A DNA stretch of 64,000 bases, taken from contig CP142736.1 of NCBI GenBank assembly GCA_036630325.1, positions 248,001 through 312,000 on the forward strand, written 5' to 3'. Numbering within the stretch: position 1 is the stretch's first letter; every line of letters begins with the position of its first letter. The DNA comes from Vairimorpha necatrix. Its lineage: Eukaryota. Made by a program: the position numbers and the translations under genes. Shown one piece after another: positions 11,860 to 24,500 of this stretch. The notes beneath the pieces were generated by a model. That model was not told the DNA's origin. It did no database searches and saw only the letters and a list, made by a program, of their open reading frames with translations.

Positions 11860-13557
11860 ATGGATATTTTTGCAATTTTTACAAGTATATATTTTGTTGT
11901 AGGATTTTCAGAGACCTATGATAGTTTTAACACAGTTATATGTAATAAAATAAAAAACAAAGATTTTTGTTCAATTGATACTGAAAAAACATATTTGAGA
12001 GTAAAATTGGAGTTCGACAGCTCCAATAAAAGATTGAATGCGCTTATTCTAGCTAACTCTCGTATTCTTAAACTTACCGAAGTAGTAAAAATTATAGCAG
12101 TATATTGTGCTGATAAGTCTATAATATATATTGTCAGAATGTTTGAATATAAGTTAATACGTTTGTGTAAAAAATTGCGTCCAGACAATATCGTACTAAT
12201 TTACAACCCAAAACATTGTGATAACCCCGTATTTTGTCAAATAATTTCCTTTTTAATGAAAAAAAAATTAGAGAGAAAAGATGAAATCAATTGCCTCGAT
12301 CCGATATATGAATACATAATCGAAGAAATGTCATTGTGGAATTTTATGTTTGTAACTTTATATATACAAATATATAACAACGAAATTGATTACAAAATAG
12401 TACCGCTTACATATAGTAAAAATAAAAATTCGCATTATATAAATTTATGCATTGAAAGTAAAAATATTAAATATTTTTTTACAATTAACGCCCAAGATAT
12501 TGATATTGAAAATTTTTCTACTACTATAAAATGTAGAGATAAAAAAAATAGGAATAAAATAGACAATAAAATTAGCAAATATTTTCATAAATTATACAAG
12601 ACTGCTTATATCGAGGATATTGGTGGATATTCTCTGCCATTTTTCAAGATTTATACGGACGATAAAATTGAGTTTGTCAGTGGCACTTTTAGGATCAAGG
12701 TAGTAAATGATAAAATTCAATATGCACAAAAAAATAACAAATATATTATCAGTCCAATCAAACTTACAACCTACGATGGCTATAGAGACAATAATGAAAA
12801 TGAATGGATAATAAAATTTAAAGAAACTTTAGAAAGGATTCGTGCAATAGACGAATTTAAAGAAGGTCGTATTGGCACAGAAATGTTTTTTAGATTAATA
12901 ACCTTTCCTTATAAAGTGGATTTCTTCATAAGAAGGATTTTAGATGCGCAGGGTTCACCTTTAAATGTTATGTTGGGACATATTTTAATATCTGAAGGAT
13001 TAATTAACGAATCTGAGTTAATAAATATTACAACAAACGATCGCCTTAATGAAGCAAAAACAATCGAAATTTGTGAAGAATTGGAAAAAATTACATCGAA
13101 GAATTGGTGCAATCATACTTCTTTTGCAATAAAGATATTTTTATTTTTAGAAGCCGAAAAATATTTAAATGAAAACGACGCAGAAAAAAGAAATAAATTG
13201 AAAATTTTAAATAAAATTGGAAATATTATAGAGTCAAAAGAAAAAGAATATAGTATTTCAAAAAACATGACATCATTGTTATCAACGAATAAAAATAAGA
13301 TTGATCTGATAAAAATATATGAAGAACTAGTAAAAAATCATTTACAGGATTATTTAAATTATAAAAAAACTTTATGGGTGGAGGTCTTTAGAATAGCATC
13401 TTTGTTTACAGGTTTAGAATCAACTAGATGTGATATTAGAGGCTATAAATTTCAAGCTTATAAAGAAAATATTATTGAAACGTGGGGACTTGATAAATAC
13501 GAAATAGAAAAAAATAATGAAAAGATAAAAAAAGATCTAGATACTAATAAAATATAA
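11860..13557 (+). CDS. Hypothetical ~565-aa protein, paralog of 3555-5246; hydrophobic N-terminus
   Basis: Long ORF; ATG at 11860 preceded by CCC and aligning with the paralog's start. Confidence 0.85.
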   Translation: MDIFAIFTSIYFVVGFSETYDSFNTVICNKIKNKDFCSIDTEKTYLRVKLEFDSSNKRLNALILANSRILKLTEVVKIIAVYCADKSIIYIVRMFEYKLIRLCKKLRPDNIVLIYNPKHCDNPVFCQIISFLMKKKLERKDEINCLDPIYEYIIEEMSLWNFMFVTLYIQIYNNEIDYKIVPLTYSKNKNSHYINLCIESKNIKYFFTINAQDIDIENFSTTIKCRDKKNRNKIDNKISKYFHKLYKTAYIEDIGGYSLPFFKIYTDDKIEFVSGTFRIKVVNDKIQYAQKNNKYIISPIKLTTYDGYRDNNENEWIIKFKETLERIRAIDEFKEGRIGTEMFFRLITFPYKVDFFIRRILDAQGSPLNVMLGHILISEGLINESELINITTNDRLNEAKTIEICEELEKITSKNWCNHTSFAIKIFLFLEAEKYLNENDAEKRNKLKILNKIGNIIESKEKEYSISKNMTSLLSTNKNKIDLIKIYEELVKNHLQDYLNYKKTLWVEVFRIASLFTGLESTRCDIRGYKFQAYKENIIETWGLDKYEIEKNNEKIKKDLDTNKI

Positions 13558-13956
13558 TTTTATTATAATTACAACGAAACTTGTATGGACAATGTATTTA
13601 TTACATTGTAGAACTTTTATTTTATTATATTTTAAAATTCTTTTATGATAATCTAATAAAGAAGAAGTATACTTTGAACGAAAATGCCTATGTTGAAATT
13701 ATATTATAATAGCAACCCCATAATTTACTTTACGTGAAAATAAAAGAAGGCAATGCTTAATATTAACTAATATTCTTTTCTTAAAATATTTTGATCATTT
13801 CACTTTAGCACCCTTACCAATATAAATTCAAATTTTAAATTTTTACACCTGTTTCTCGAAAGTCGAAGCGGAAAAAAGTAAAGGAGCAAAAATAGAAAAA
13901 TTAAATAGCATAATTACCAATTATAAATATATTATTTTCGTTTTTTTAATTATTAC

Positions 13957-14019
13957 TGTTGAATAACTATAAATAGCTATAATATTATTAAATACCCCTT
14001 ATGTCTACTATTCTCAACA
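13957..14019 (+). repeat. 5' LTR of element 1 (63 bp)
   Basis: Direct repeat of 17989-18051; TGTTGAA...TCAACA termini. Confidence 0.95.
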
Positions 14020-17000
14020 TGGCACCCGGTACGGAAAACTCGTATAGAAGGATGGAAGCACCCAACTTCAGTTTAAAAAGTGCACTTGTAGATTGCATGA
14101 ATTTGAAATATATTTTAAAGACAAAAATATAATTGTAGATGAGGAAAAAATAAACACCGTCTTATTATTTTCAGACGATGAAGCCGCTTATTTCTTATAC
14201 ACAAACAAAGAAAATTTTACAAAAATTACATGGCGAACATTTAAGGGAAGAATTAAAAAATACATGGAAAGGAATGCTTTAGAGAAAAAAATCAAAACAA
14301 AAATATAATGAAGCAACAGCAACTTGGATAAAAAGAGTTCTTCCCCTGGCAAGTGCAGCCAACTTGCCTCAAGAATATACTAAAATGCTTATTAAGAATA
14401 CATGTGTTAACTTAGATTCAATGTTGATTATCCAAGAATGTTTGATGGAACGTAATATTTACAAAGAGAAAGAAATGATACTAAAAGATATAGATGAAGT
14501 GGAATATATTAAGTAAACTGTAAAAAAGATTAGAGCTAATAGAGAGACAGTAATTAGAAGAAAAAGCGTTTCAGAGCCAAGACATAAAGAACCCATTAAA
14601 CAAACTGACAAAACTGAAATGAAAAAATTTAATCAATTAGTAAAAGAGCCTATAGATAATAACAAAAGTGATAATGTAACTGAGATAAAACTAAACAGTG
14701 TAAATATCTCCGCTTTTATGGATGAAGGATCAGATGTGAACATCATCAATGAAAAGAAGGTAGAAGAAAGAGGACTTATTGCATTACCCTGTGAACATAC
14801 AACAATAAAAAACGTGTTTGGGGTAGTAACAGAACTGACTAAAAAGGTAGAGGTAACATTAAAAATCAATGATATTATACTTACTCAGGAATGTTATGTA
14901 GGAGCTTTTAAGAATTCCAATGAAGACATAGTTATCGGCAGGCCAACGTTAAATAAAGTAAAAAACTTAAAAATGAACTTTTGAGCTTGTATGAAAATTT
15001 CCAAGGGTTTTTGATGGAAAGACAAGCAAAGGATACACGGATATAATGTGTGAGATAAACACACCGATAGGCAAGAGAGTGAATATAAAATACAGAAATA
15101 TACCACAGGCCCTAATGAAAGGAGCACAAGAAACAATTAACAAATTATTAGAACAAGGATATATAGAATGTTCGACATCAGCTTGGTGTAATCCCATAAG
15201 ACCAGTATTGAAACCAGATGGCACTGTTAGAATTACAAACAATATGCAATTTCTGAATAACCTAGTTGAAGATAACAACTATACAATACCTGTAATTCAA
15301 AACATAGTAGATGCCACGCGAGGCAAAAGATTTTTTACAGTTATAGATCTGACAGATGCCTACTATCAAATACACCTGAAACCTGAACATAAATATAAAA
15401 CCGCATTTTATTATAAAAGTAAACTATATCAATACACACGGATGCCACAAGGCTTTAAGAATTCACCTGGCATGTTTCAAATGATAATGGATAGATTACT
15501 TGAAAACCACCTTGAAACTGCTTGTTGCGTCTATTTAGACTACATAATAATTTTTGGAACAACAGAAGAAGAACATGACAATAACCTAGCTAATGTTTTG
15601 ACGATACTTGAAAAAAACAACTTCAAGGTTAACCCAACGAAATTACAATTTAAACAAGAAACTATTGAATTATTAGGAATGATGATTGATGGAAAAAAAC
15701 AATATCCAATAGAACAACATCAAAAAAAGGTATTAGATTTTAAAGTACCAACCACAGTTAATGAGGTACAAGATTTCTAGGATTAGCTAATTATTACAGA
15801 AGATTTATCTCAAACCTAGCTACAATATCTGCTCCACTTTATGAATTACTTAAAAAGAAGAAATTTATATGAAAGGAAGAGCAACAGAAAGCATTTGATA
15901 TTATTAAAGAAAGAATCAACAGTAAGATTGCTAGACATATTCCAAACTACCAAATTCTTTATACTATCCACCGACGCATCAAATACAGGAATCGGCGCAT
16001 GCCTACAACAAGAGCACAATAACGAAATTGCAGTAGTAGATTGGGCATCCAAGAAGCTGACAGATGCTGAGAAAAAATATGGAATTACAGAGAAAGAATT
16101 TCTGGCGATGGCTTGGAGTATTACACACTTTGATTATTATCTACGAGGAAGAAAGTTTAAAGTAATAACAGATCATTCTGCAATTTTATCTATGAAGGAT
16201 AAACACATTTTTGGAAACCTACGACTAGAACGAATGAGAGAAAAATTACAGGATTACGATTTCGAAATTGAATATCGAAAAGGCAAAGAACTAATAGACG
16301 CCGATGCAATTAGCAGGATTTATGAGGATCCAAAAGGGGTTGAAGAACTTAGAACTAAAAATAAAAACGTATTAATCGCTTCTGATGGAAAGTGGTACTA
16401 TAAAGTAAATGAAAATGAAATTAGATATTTCCCCGAAGTTCTTGAAAGAAAAGATATTTTATATAAAGCACACGAAGTAAACACCGTGCATGGTGGAATA
16501 AGTGCCATGACTTACGAATTGAAAAAGAACTATTATTGGCCAAAAATGACAGAATCGATAACAAATTATATAAAAAACTGTGAATCATGTGTCCGAAACG
16601 ATCAAAAAAGCTTAGGAGGTGAAGAATTTGTAGAAACACAAAGGCCGTTAGAAATATTTGGAATGGACCTAATGTTTATTGACCAGAAGACGACACTTAT
16701 GACTTGTATAGATTACTTTACACGTAGATGTATGATAAAGCCCTTAAAATCAAAGAAAGCTAGCGTTTGTAGAAATGAAATAACAGAAATGTTTCAAGAG
16801 ATTGGAGTTCCTGAGAAAATTATTACAGACAATGGAAAAGAATTTACAGCTACAACTATAAAAAAAATCATGTCTAATATGTTAGTAAATCACCATAAAA
16901 TATCTATAGACAAGCATCAGTCTAATGGTAGGATAGAAAGATTACATAGGAAAATTTGGCAAGCATAAAAAAAAATAGAATGTAATCAAAAGGAAACATT

Positions 17001-17355
17001 AGAAGAAATTTTATATGATGTAGAAAATAAAATTAACAATACATTTAATAGAGCAATAGGTTGCACCCCGAACGAAGCATGGGATGATCCTGATAATAAA
17101 ACATTGAAAGAATTGAATAAAAAAGATTCAAAATACGGAAAAGAATTTAAAAAACTTCCACGTGAAAAATTTAGAATTGGAGAACAAGTGTTTATTCAAC
17201 AAAATCCAATGCAGGCACAGGACAAGCTCAACGATAAATACATTGAAGAGGGAATGATACATACTGTGTTAGAAAATGACTCTTACTTAGTAAAAGTAAA
17301 CGATAAACTGATCAAAAAGAGCCATTCTCAGCTCAAATTAGTACCAACTATATGA
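14001..17355 (+). pseudogene. Fragmented gag-pol of element 1
   Basis: ORF fragments at 14093 (capsid-like), 14619 (protease, FMDEGS), 15046 (RT, YLDD mutated to YLDY), 15841 (RH-INT) and 17104 (INT C-terminus). Confidence 0.9.
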
Positions 17356-17458
17356 TTGCTTGTTATAAAACCAAAAGACATAAATTTTTATTTATTACCC
17401 TTAAATAGAAACAGAAACTAGTCAAAGAACTAAAAGTATATGTAGGTCAACTTAAAAT

Positions 17459-17962
17459 ATGGAAAGTAGACTCTTGAACCTGCAGTCCAATCTGAAAGAC
17501 GGAGAAACCTTCAATTATATAATTAGGAATGCAAGTACAGATTTGGGAGAGTATATATTACAAGAAGGTTTTACAACATGGAAGGGCATCGAAAAATGTG
17601 CCGAAGACCAAAAACTCACAGCTGACACCGTTTTAAAAGTATGTGCAAACACGAGGAAAAGCACTGAAACAGTAACTGAATATCTAGGCAGACTTGGAAA
17701 GGACTTAAAACGGCTTGGAGCCACGGATAAAATGATAATAAAATATTTAAGCCTTACTATTGCTATGGGAAATGTGGAAGTCCACATGATGTTAAGCCTA
17801 TACACTGATATGGAGGAATTTTTGGCTCACACTTCTAAAATACTTACAAGCAGAACAAGAAGGAATAAGCTCACCAATAAGAAAATTTGCAGTTTTTGTA
17901 AACAACAGGGACATGAATCAGAAAAATGTTTCAAAAAGCCAAATTATAAAAAAGATCAGTAG
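17459..17962 (+). CDS. Gag-like protein with CCHC zinc knuckle, inside element 1 downstream of pol
   Basis: MHR-like ETVTEYLGRL, C-terminal CSFCKQQGHESEKC, CCC motif at 17398-17400 upstream; the 5' end is probably frameshifted. Confidence 0.75.
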   Translation: MESRLLNLQSNLKDGETFNYIIRNASTDLGEYILQEGFTTWKGIEKCAEDQKLTADTVLKVCANTRKSTETVTEYLGRLGKDLKRLGATDKMIIKYLSLTIAMGNVEVHMMLSLYTDMEEFLAHTSKILTSRTRRNKLTNKKICSFCKQQGHESEKCFKKPNYKKDQ

Positions 17963-17988
17963 ACCGCAGTCTTTTTTTTTGGGCGGGA

Positions 17989-18051
17989 TGTTGAATAACT
18001 ATAAATAGCTATAATATTATTAAATACCCCTTATGTCTACTATTTTCAACA
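17989..18051 (+). repeat. 3' LTR of element 1 (63 bp)
   Basis: Direct repeat of 13957-14019, followed by TSD ATTAC. Confidence 0.95.
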
Positions 18052-19559
18052 ATTACTTCTTTCGTTTATTAATCAAAACTTATCTTTATTATACATTTTA
18101 TATAATACAAATAAAGCTTGGTTAATTTATTTACAAACAATATATTATACGCTTTAACATAGTTTTAAACGATATTTCTTTATAAATTATAATTCTCATA
18201 ATATATGATATTTTACCTTTGGACGGAAAAATATCATATCATATAAAACTAATGATTACATGATTCAAAAAATACACAAAAGAGTATAAATATACATAAA
18301 ACAACATTGTTTTACTATAAAAACTAATTAATTACACAAAAGACCTTACTTTTTTTTATACGTAAAAATAATAATAACCTAACCTAGAATGGGTTTATAA
18401 TTACAAAAACTAATTGAAAACATGTTTACAACAACAAATATTAATTGTAATGACAAAAAAATAAAATATTTTTGTACAAATTTAGACTGCTTTTAAAGCA
18501 CATATTTACGGTAATACATCATTGTAGAGAATTTAAAATAATGTTATTCAAAATTATTGATCAAATTGATCTTAGAACCCCATTTTTTTGTACTATGTAG
18601 ATTTTTGTTTGTTCCTTTCCGTTTTGAACGCTCTAATTTTCAAAAAAAAGCGCTAAAAATAAAAAATCCTGAATTTATACTGACAAGGAGAGGGGCAAAG
18701 TGGAAATTGGCCAATGTTTTTTAAACTTTAAATGGTTTATTAAATCTGTAGATCATTAGAATTCATTTTATTAGATCTAATCAAGTAGAATTTATCAATT
18801 ATTTTTTTTGATTCGGCAAGAGCGACAAAAAAAAAATGTCGTTGACTCTAAATTTTTTACCTCCTCAAAAAATAGGATTTAAAAAAGAAAAACAATAACA
18901 GCTGTATAATCACTGATCAATTATATAATTAAATGTATAAAATATAAGTTTTTTTATAATTTTATATCTCTTAACATTATGAACATATAAAATCTTATAA
19001 TTTTGTTATTATAAAGTGTGAAATTAGAAACATTTTTCATCTAAAAAACAGTTTTATCAAATAATTAATTGATATAGGCTAAAAATATATTAAAGGAGTT
19101 TTACTTTAAAGACTGTTATGTAACATTGGAACCTTGTTTTTTTGGAAATAGCTCTCTAAATTATTGATATTAAATGTTGGTAAATTAATATAAGTTTTTA
19201 GAGAGTTACTAGACAATCGACCCCTCATCCAAAGCGTATCAAAAAAAATATCACTTCACCAAAATCGAAAAAAATAATCAATTGTTACTTTTTTGTAATT
19301 TTTTTTTCTAATGAGCGATTTTCAAAGCTATGGTTTCTTCCCCTTGCTTTCGTATTTTTCTTACTATTCATGCTAGTAAGAATTTTGGAAAAGGTAGGAG
19401 AACATGATCCTTGAAATCCTTTATATCAAGATAATGATCACAAATTTACACTTTTGATTAAAGAGAGTGTAAAAAGCCTGGTATTTTATTTGTCTCAAAG
19501 TTATGTCATGGAAACATGTCCATTGCTAGAGTTTCTTCCTTTATTGAAAGAAGGGGGTA

Positions 19560-20200
19560 CGATGTATCGTAAAAAAATACAAATGAAAATGTAGTTAAAA
19601 AGGCACAGAATTTATAAAATGCCCGTCGAAACTAAAAAGATTCTGAGGTGTTCATATTGTTGGGTATTTTCCTACTCAAATTATCAGGCTATGAATTTTT
19701 GCAAAATGGCCGAGTCATCATACATTCAATTTGAAAATGTATCAATGGATATTATAAGCAAGACTCAATGGAAATATAAAAGATAGGGGAGAAATATAAG
19801 GGTACAAGTCGATACGATGGTTTAGTGATTGATATTCCGTCATCTTTTCAGACGATACTCCTAATATACAATTGATACTTGGAGGAGTCGTGTAATGTGA
19901 TACAACGAAATTTTTTGTTACATTAATTCCCAACAGAAAACATTAATTTTTTTTAAAGCGTTAAAAAACATTTACTTCCTGGAACTATTATTGTTCCTGA
20001 TTGATATCCGTCATACCATAAAGCCGTGGCTAATTTTGAATCTGAGCATGAGATAGTAAACCATAGCGAAGGAGTACATTTAAATCAGATTTAAAATATC
20101 TGGTCTCATTATAAATACTTTTATAGAAAAGGAAGTGGATTAAATCATGATCGTATCGTCAAATTTTTAGAAGAATTTTCTTGGTGTAAGAGACTGTTGG
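19560..20200 (+). mobile_element. Merlin (IS1595/ISXO2-like) transposase relic
   Basis: Broken motifs RVQVD, LPGTIIVxDxYPSY, HEIVNHSEG, HxNQIxNIWSH; TIRs not identified; boundaries approximate. Confidence 0.7.
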
Positions 20201-21533
20201 AATAAAACATGAGTTTATTTATTGTAAAATATTTAAATACAAACATGTCAAATGACTCGAGATGGACACTGCCATAATTGAAATATGTCACACTTCACAA
20301 ATATATTGTCAATATAGAAAGAATTTCCCATTCCTCATGCCTTTGTTACTTTTACAAAAATGTTTAGTTATTTAATGAATATTTCATAGGAGAGGGAGCG
20401 GGGATTTTTCTAGTATGGCAGTTTTTTACTATGGCATTTCTCCTGCCTTAACTGTAGCTTTCTCCTCGATCATTGTCGTGCCTTTCTTAGACAAACTTCT
20501 TTTTATATTTGTTTTTAATTTAAAATTACATTCAGCAATTTTGTTAAAAATTATTGTTTTCCTATTATAAACATGTTTCTACAGTATTCTTTTGCTACTT
20601 TATTGACGGGTTGGCGTGTCATAAATGGAAAATTTGACAGGTCTACATTTTTTAGCCATTATAGCTGTGATGCTTACACTAATATCACACGTGTAAAGGT
20701 CATTATTAATAATAAAGCGTTCAACACATATCTCAAATTCATAAATTTTTTATGGTAAAAAATAATTCCCAAAGACTTAGACTTATTCTTGCGATAAATG
20801 CTATAACAAAGTAAGCAAATTTTGAATTTATTTATTCTAGTATGTCAGTGAGTTTATTCGCTTAGATTCTCTTTTAGAAATGTTTTTAAATACTTTTTGT
20901 AGTCAATCAAATCTGTCCATTTGGAAGATTATGATTAGTCGGCCATGACAAAGTAATATTTACTTTGTATTTTTAATATTAAAAGTGGCGATTAATTTTT
21001 GTTTCTTTCTTGCTCCATCTTTTTTGCACTTCAATTTTAAGATACAATATATCATCGACGATTTATTTTTGTTGCTCTCAGGTCGATGCTTCATATTTTT
21101 TATATAAATTTCTTGTACAGAAATCGGTTTTGAATATGTTGCATCTGCCAATAATAGGGACGAATCTTAAGACATACCAATTGATAATTATCTGAAATCT
21201 TAAATGAAGTAAATGGCCATAAATAAGCTTTTTTTCTTTAAAATCCTTTGTATATTATGTTAAAATTCTTTGTATTTTTTATTACATATACAATCATTTT
21301 TGAAATCATAAAAGTCATTGACTCTTTTCATACAGAATAATTTGTATTCTATCAGAACTAATGTCCTTCAGTTCATATGCAATGTTTACTTTGTTTTTTT
21401 TACATTTCAAAATCGTATTAGATTTATCTAATAACCTACGTCGTAAATACAATCATGTTTAAATTGTTCTAATAAACTTCTTTGTTTTTTTTATTTATGC
21501 CGTTTTATTTTCCTTTTTTTTTTATCCCCTAAA

Positions 21534-24500
21534 ATGTTTGATGAAATTGTAACAAAAAGAATCTCGTCAATCCAATTCGGTTTATTTTCTCCAGAAGAAA
21601 TAAGAAAATCAAGTGTCGTCCAAATAATCCACCCCGAAACCATGGAAAATGGGTTCCCTAAATCTGGTGGTTTAATAGATTTAAAAATGGGCACTACAGA
21701 AAGGGCTTTTTTATGTTCATCCTGTGAAAAAGATAATTTTTCTTGCCCTGGTCATTTTGGCCATATTGAATTAACTAAGCCAATGTTCCATGTTGGTTAC
21801 ATGACGAAAATCAAGAAAATCTTGGAATGTGTTTGTTTTTATTGTTCTAGACTTAAAATTAGTACAAAAAATCTTAAGAAAGATTTGAATTTTGTATGGA
21901 ATATTTCTAAGACTAAAAGTGTCTGCGAAGGTGAAATTGGGGAAAATGGGTTTACAGGCTGTGGAAATAAGCAGCCTGTAATAAAAAAAGAAGGAATGAG
22001 TTTGATAGCTTTTATGAAAGGAGAAGAAGAAAGTGATGGTAAAGTAATTTTGAATGGAGAAAGAGTTCATAATATTTTGAAGAAGATTGTAAATGAAGAT
22101 GCTGTGTTTTTGGGTTTTGATCAGAAGTTTACTAAGCCTGAGTGGCTTATTTTGACTGTTCTTTTAGTTCCTCCTCCTTCTGTAAGGCCTAGTATTGTCA
22201 TGGAAGGAATGTTGAGAGCAGAAGATGATTTGACTCATAAATTGGCAGATATAGTGAAAGCTAATACTTATCTTAAGAAATATGAATTAGAAGGGGCACC
22301 TGGTCATGTAGTAAGGGATTATGAACAATTACTCCAATTTCATATTGCCACAATGATTGACAATGACATAAGTGGCCAACCACAGGCACTTCAGAAAAGT
22401 GGGCGCCCTTTAAAAAGCATTTCTGCTCGACTGAAAGGCAAAGAAGGGCGAGTCCGGGGAAATTTAATGGGAAAAAGGGTAGATTTCAGTGCCAGGTCTG
22501 TAATTACGCCTGATCCGAATATTTCTGTAGAAGAAGTCGGAGTTCCTTCTGAGATTGCGAAGATCCACACTTTCCCTGAAATTATAACTCCTTTTAATAT
22601 TGACCGCCTTACTAAACTTGTCTCAAATGGGCCAAATGAGTACCCCGGGGCGAATTATGTAATAAGAAATGACGGACAAAGAATAGACTTAAATTTCAAT
22701 AGGGGAGATATTAAGTTAGAAGAAGGTTATGTAGTCGAGAGACACATGCAAGACGGAGATGTAGTTTTATTTAATAGACAACCTTCTTTACACAAAATGA
22801 GCATGATGGCTCATTTTGTCCGAGTCATGGAAGGCAAAACTTTTAGACTAAATTTGTCTTGTGTCTCGCCGTATAACGCGGATTTTGACGGGGACGAAAT
22901 GAATCTTCACATGCCGCAAAGTTACAACAGTAAGGCGGAATTAGAAGAATTATGTTTAGTAAGTAAACAAGTATTAAGTCCACAATCTAATAAACCAGTA
23001 ATGGGGATAGTACAAGACAGTTTAACAGCTCTAAGACTTTTTACATTACGAGATTCATTTTTTGATCGTAGAGAAACAATGCAATTATTATATTCTGTAA
23101 ATATTAATAATTATGAGTTTACTGATTCGTCGAAATTAATTATGACTCATGATGACTCATTTGGTAATAATTTACATACTGAAGAATCTTCAAATATTAT
23201 GAAAATATTAAATTTCCCAGCTATTTCTTATCCTAAGAAATTGTGGACTGGTAAACAAATCTTAAGTTACATTTTACCAAATACAATTTATAATGGAAAA
23301 TCTAATGAGCACAACGAAGAAGACTTGGAAAATGTCGAAGATTCTTACGTCATAATTAGAAATGGCGAAATCTTAAGTGGAATTATTGACAAGAAAGCTG
23401 TCGGGTCAACACAAGGCGGTTTAATTCACATAATTGCAAATGACTTTGGTCCTGACAGAGTGACTTGTTTCTTTGATGATGCTCAGAAAATGATGAATCT
23501 TTATTTCGCTACAATAAACGCCTTTTCTATTGGAATTGGTGACGCAATAGCAGACAAAGAAACAATGAGTCAAGTACAAAGAAGTATAGAAACAGCTAAA
23601 GAACAAGTAAATGAAATCATAGTCAAAGCACAAAAAAATAAACTAGAAAGATTACCAGGTATGTCAATGAGAGAGAGCTTTGAAAGTCAAGTAAATTACA
23701 TTTTAAATAAACCAAGAGACATTTCAGGCGCGTCAGCTTCAAAATCTTTAAGTTTTTGTAATAACATGAGGACGATGGTCCTGGCAGGATCAAAAGGCTC
23801 TTTTATAAATATTTCACAAGTCACAGCTTGTTTAGGTCAACAAAATGTAGAAGGAAAAAGAATCCCTTTTGGTTTTAATTATAGATCTTTACCACATTTT
23901 AGTAAAGCGGATTATTCTGGGAAATCAAGAGGATTTGTAGAAAATAGTTATGTAAAAGGAATTACTCCTGAAGAATTCTTCTTTCATGCTATGGGAGGTA
24001 GAGAAGGTCTAATTGATACTGCTATTAAAACAGCAGAAACAGGATATATTCAAAGAAGACTAGTAAAAGCAATGGAAGATGCTACTGTCACTCTTGATAG
24101 ATCTGTAAGAGGAGCAGATGGTTTTATTTATCAATATGAATACGGAGAAGATGGTTTTGATGCCACTTTTTTAGAAATGCAAAAAATGACTCATGATGAC
24201 GTGGCCACTAAAGATGACGTGTCTTTTAAAAATTTGCATTTAATAGACATGTTTACAGATTTGAATTTCGCAATAAAAAAAGAAAATGTTACAGATCAAA
24301 TTTACAAATTATTGACTACTGATGTAAATTTACAGAAAATTTTATATGATGAATTTGAGTGGTTAAATGAAAATGTAAAAAAATATGAAAAAATGAATAT
24401 TGCTAGCCCATGTAATTTCCAAAGAATAATAAATTTAGCGATTTATAAATTTGATTGTAGAAAAGGAGACATTTCCCCGTATTTAATTTTAGATACTATA

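Larger units (their letters stand above)
13957..18051 (+). mobile_element. Ty3/gypsy LTR retrotransposon 1 (gag-PR-RT-RH-INT plus extra 3' gag-like ORF), decayed
   Basis: 63-bp TG..CA LTRs differing at 1 position, 5-bp TSD ATTAC, TGG-initiated PBS at 14020, purine tract at 17981-17988. RT (DLTDAYYQI, MPQGFKNSP), RNase H (TDAS, EKEFLA), integrase (HHCC, DYFTR, TDNGKEF, NGRIER). Confidence 0.95.
13793..18712. mobile_element. Merlin-type MITE copy 2, interrupted by a Ty3/gypsy element
   Basis: Ends homologous to 1434-2274 (right end AAAGTGGAAATTGGCC); 8-bp TSD AATATTTT/AATGTTTT; interior resumes after 18056. Confidence 0.7.

Noticed and set aside
14020-14036. Assigning the PBS to a specific tRNA or to Tf1-type self-priming
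   Set aside because: The complement does not fit tRNA-Arg(TCT) or the SINE head and has no match within the LTR; the full tRNA set is needed.
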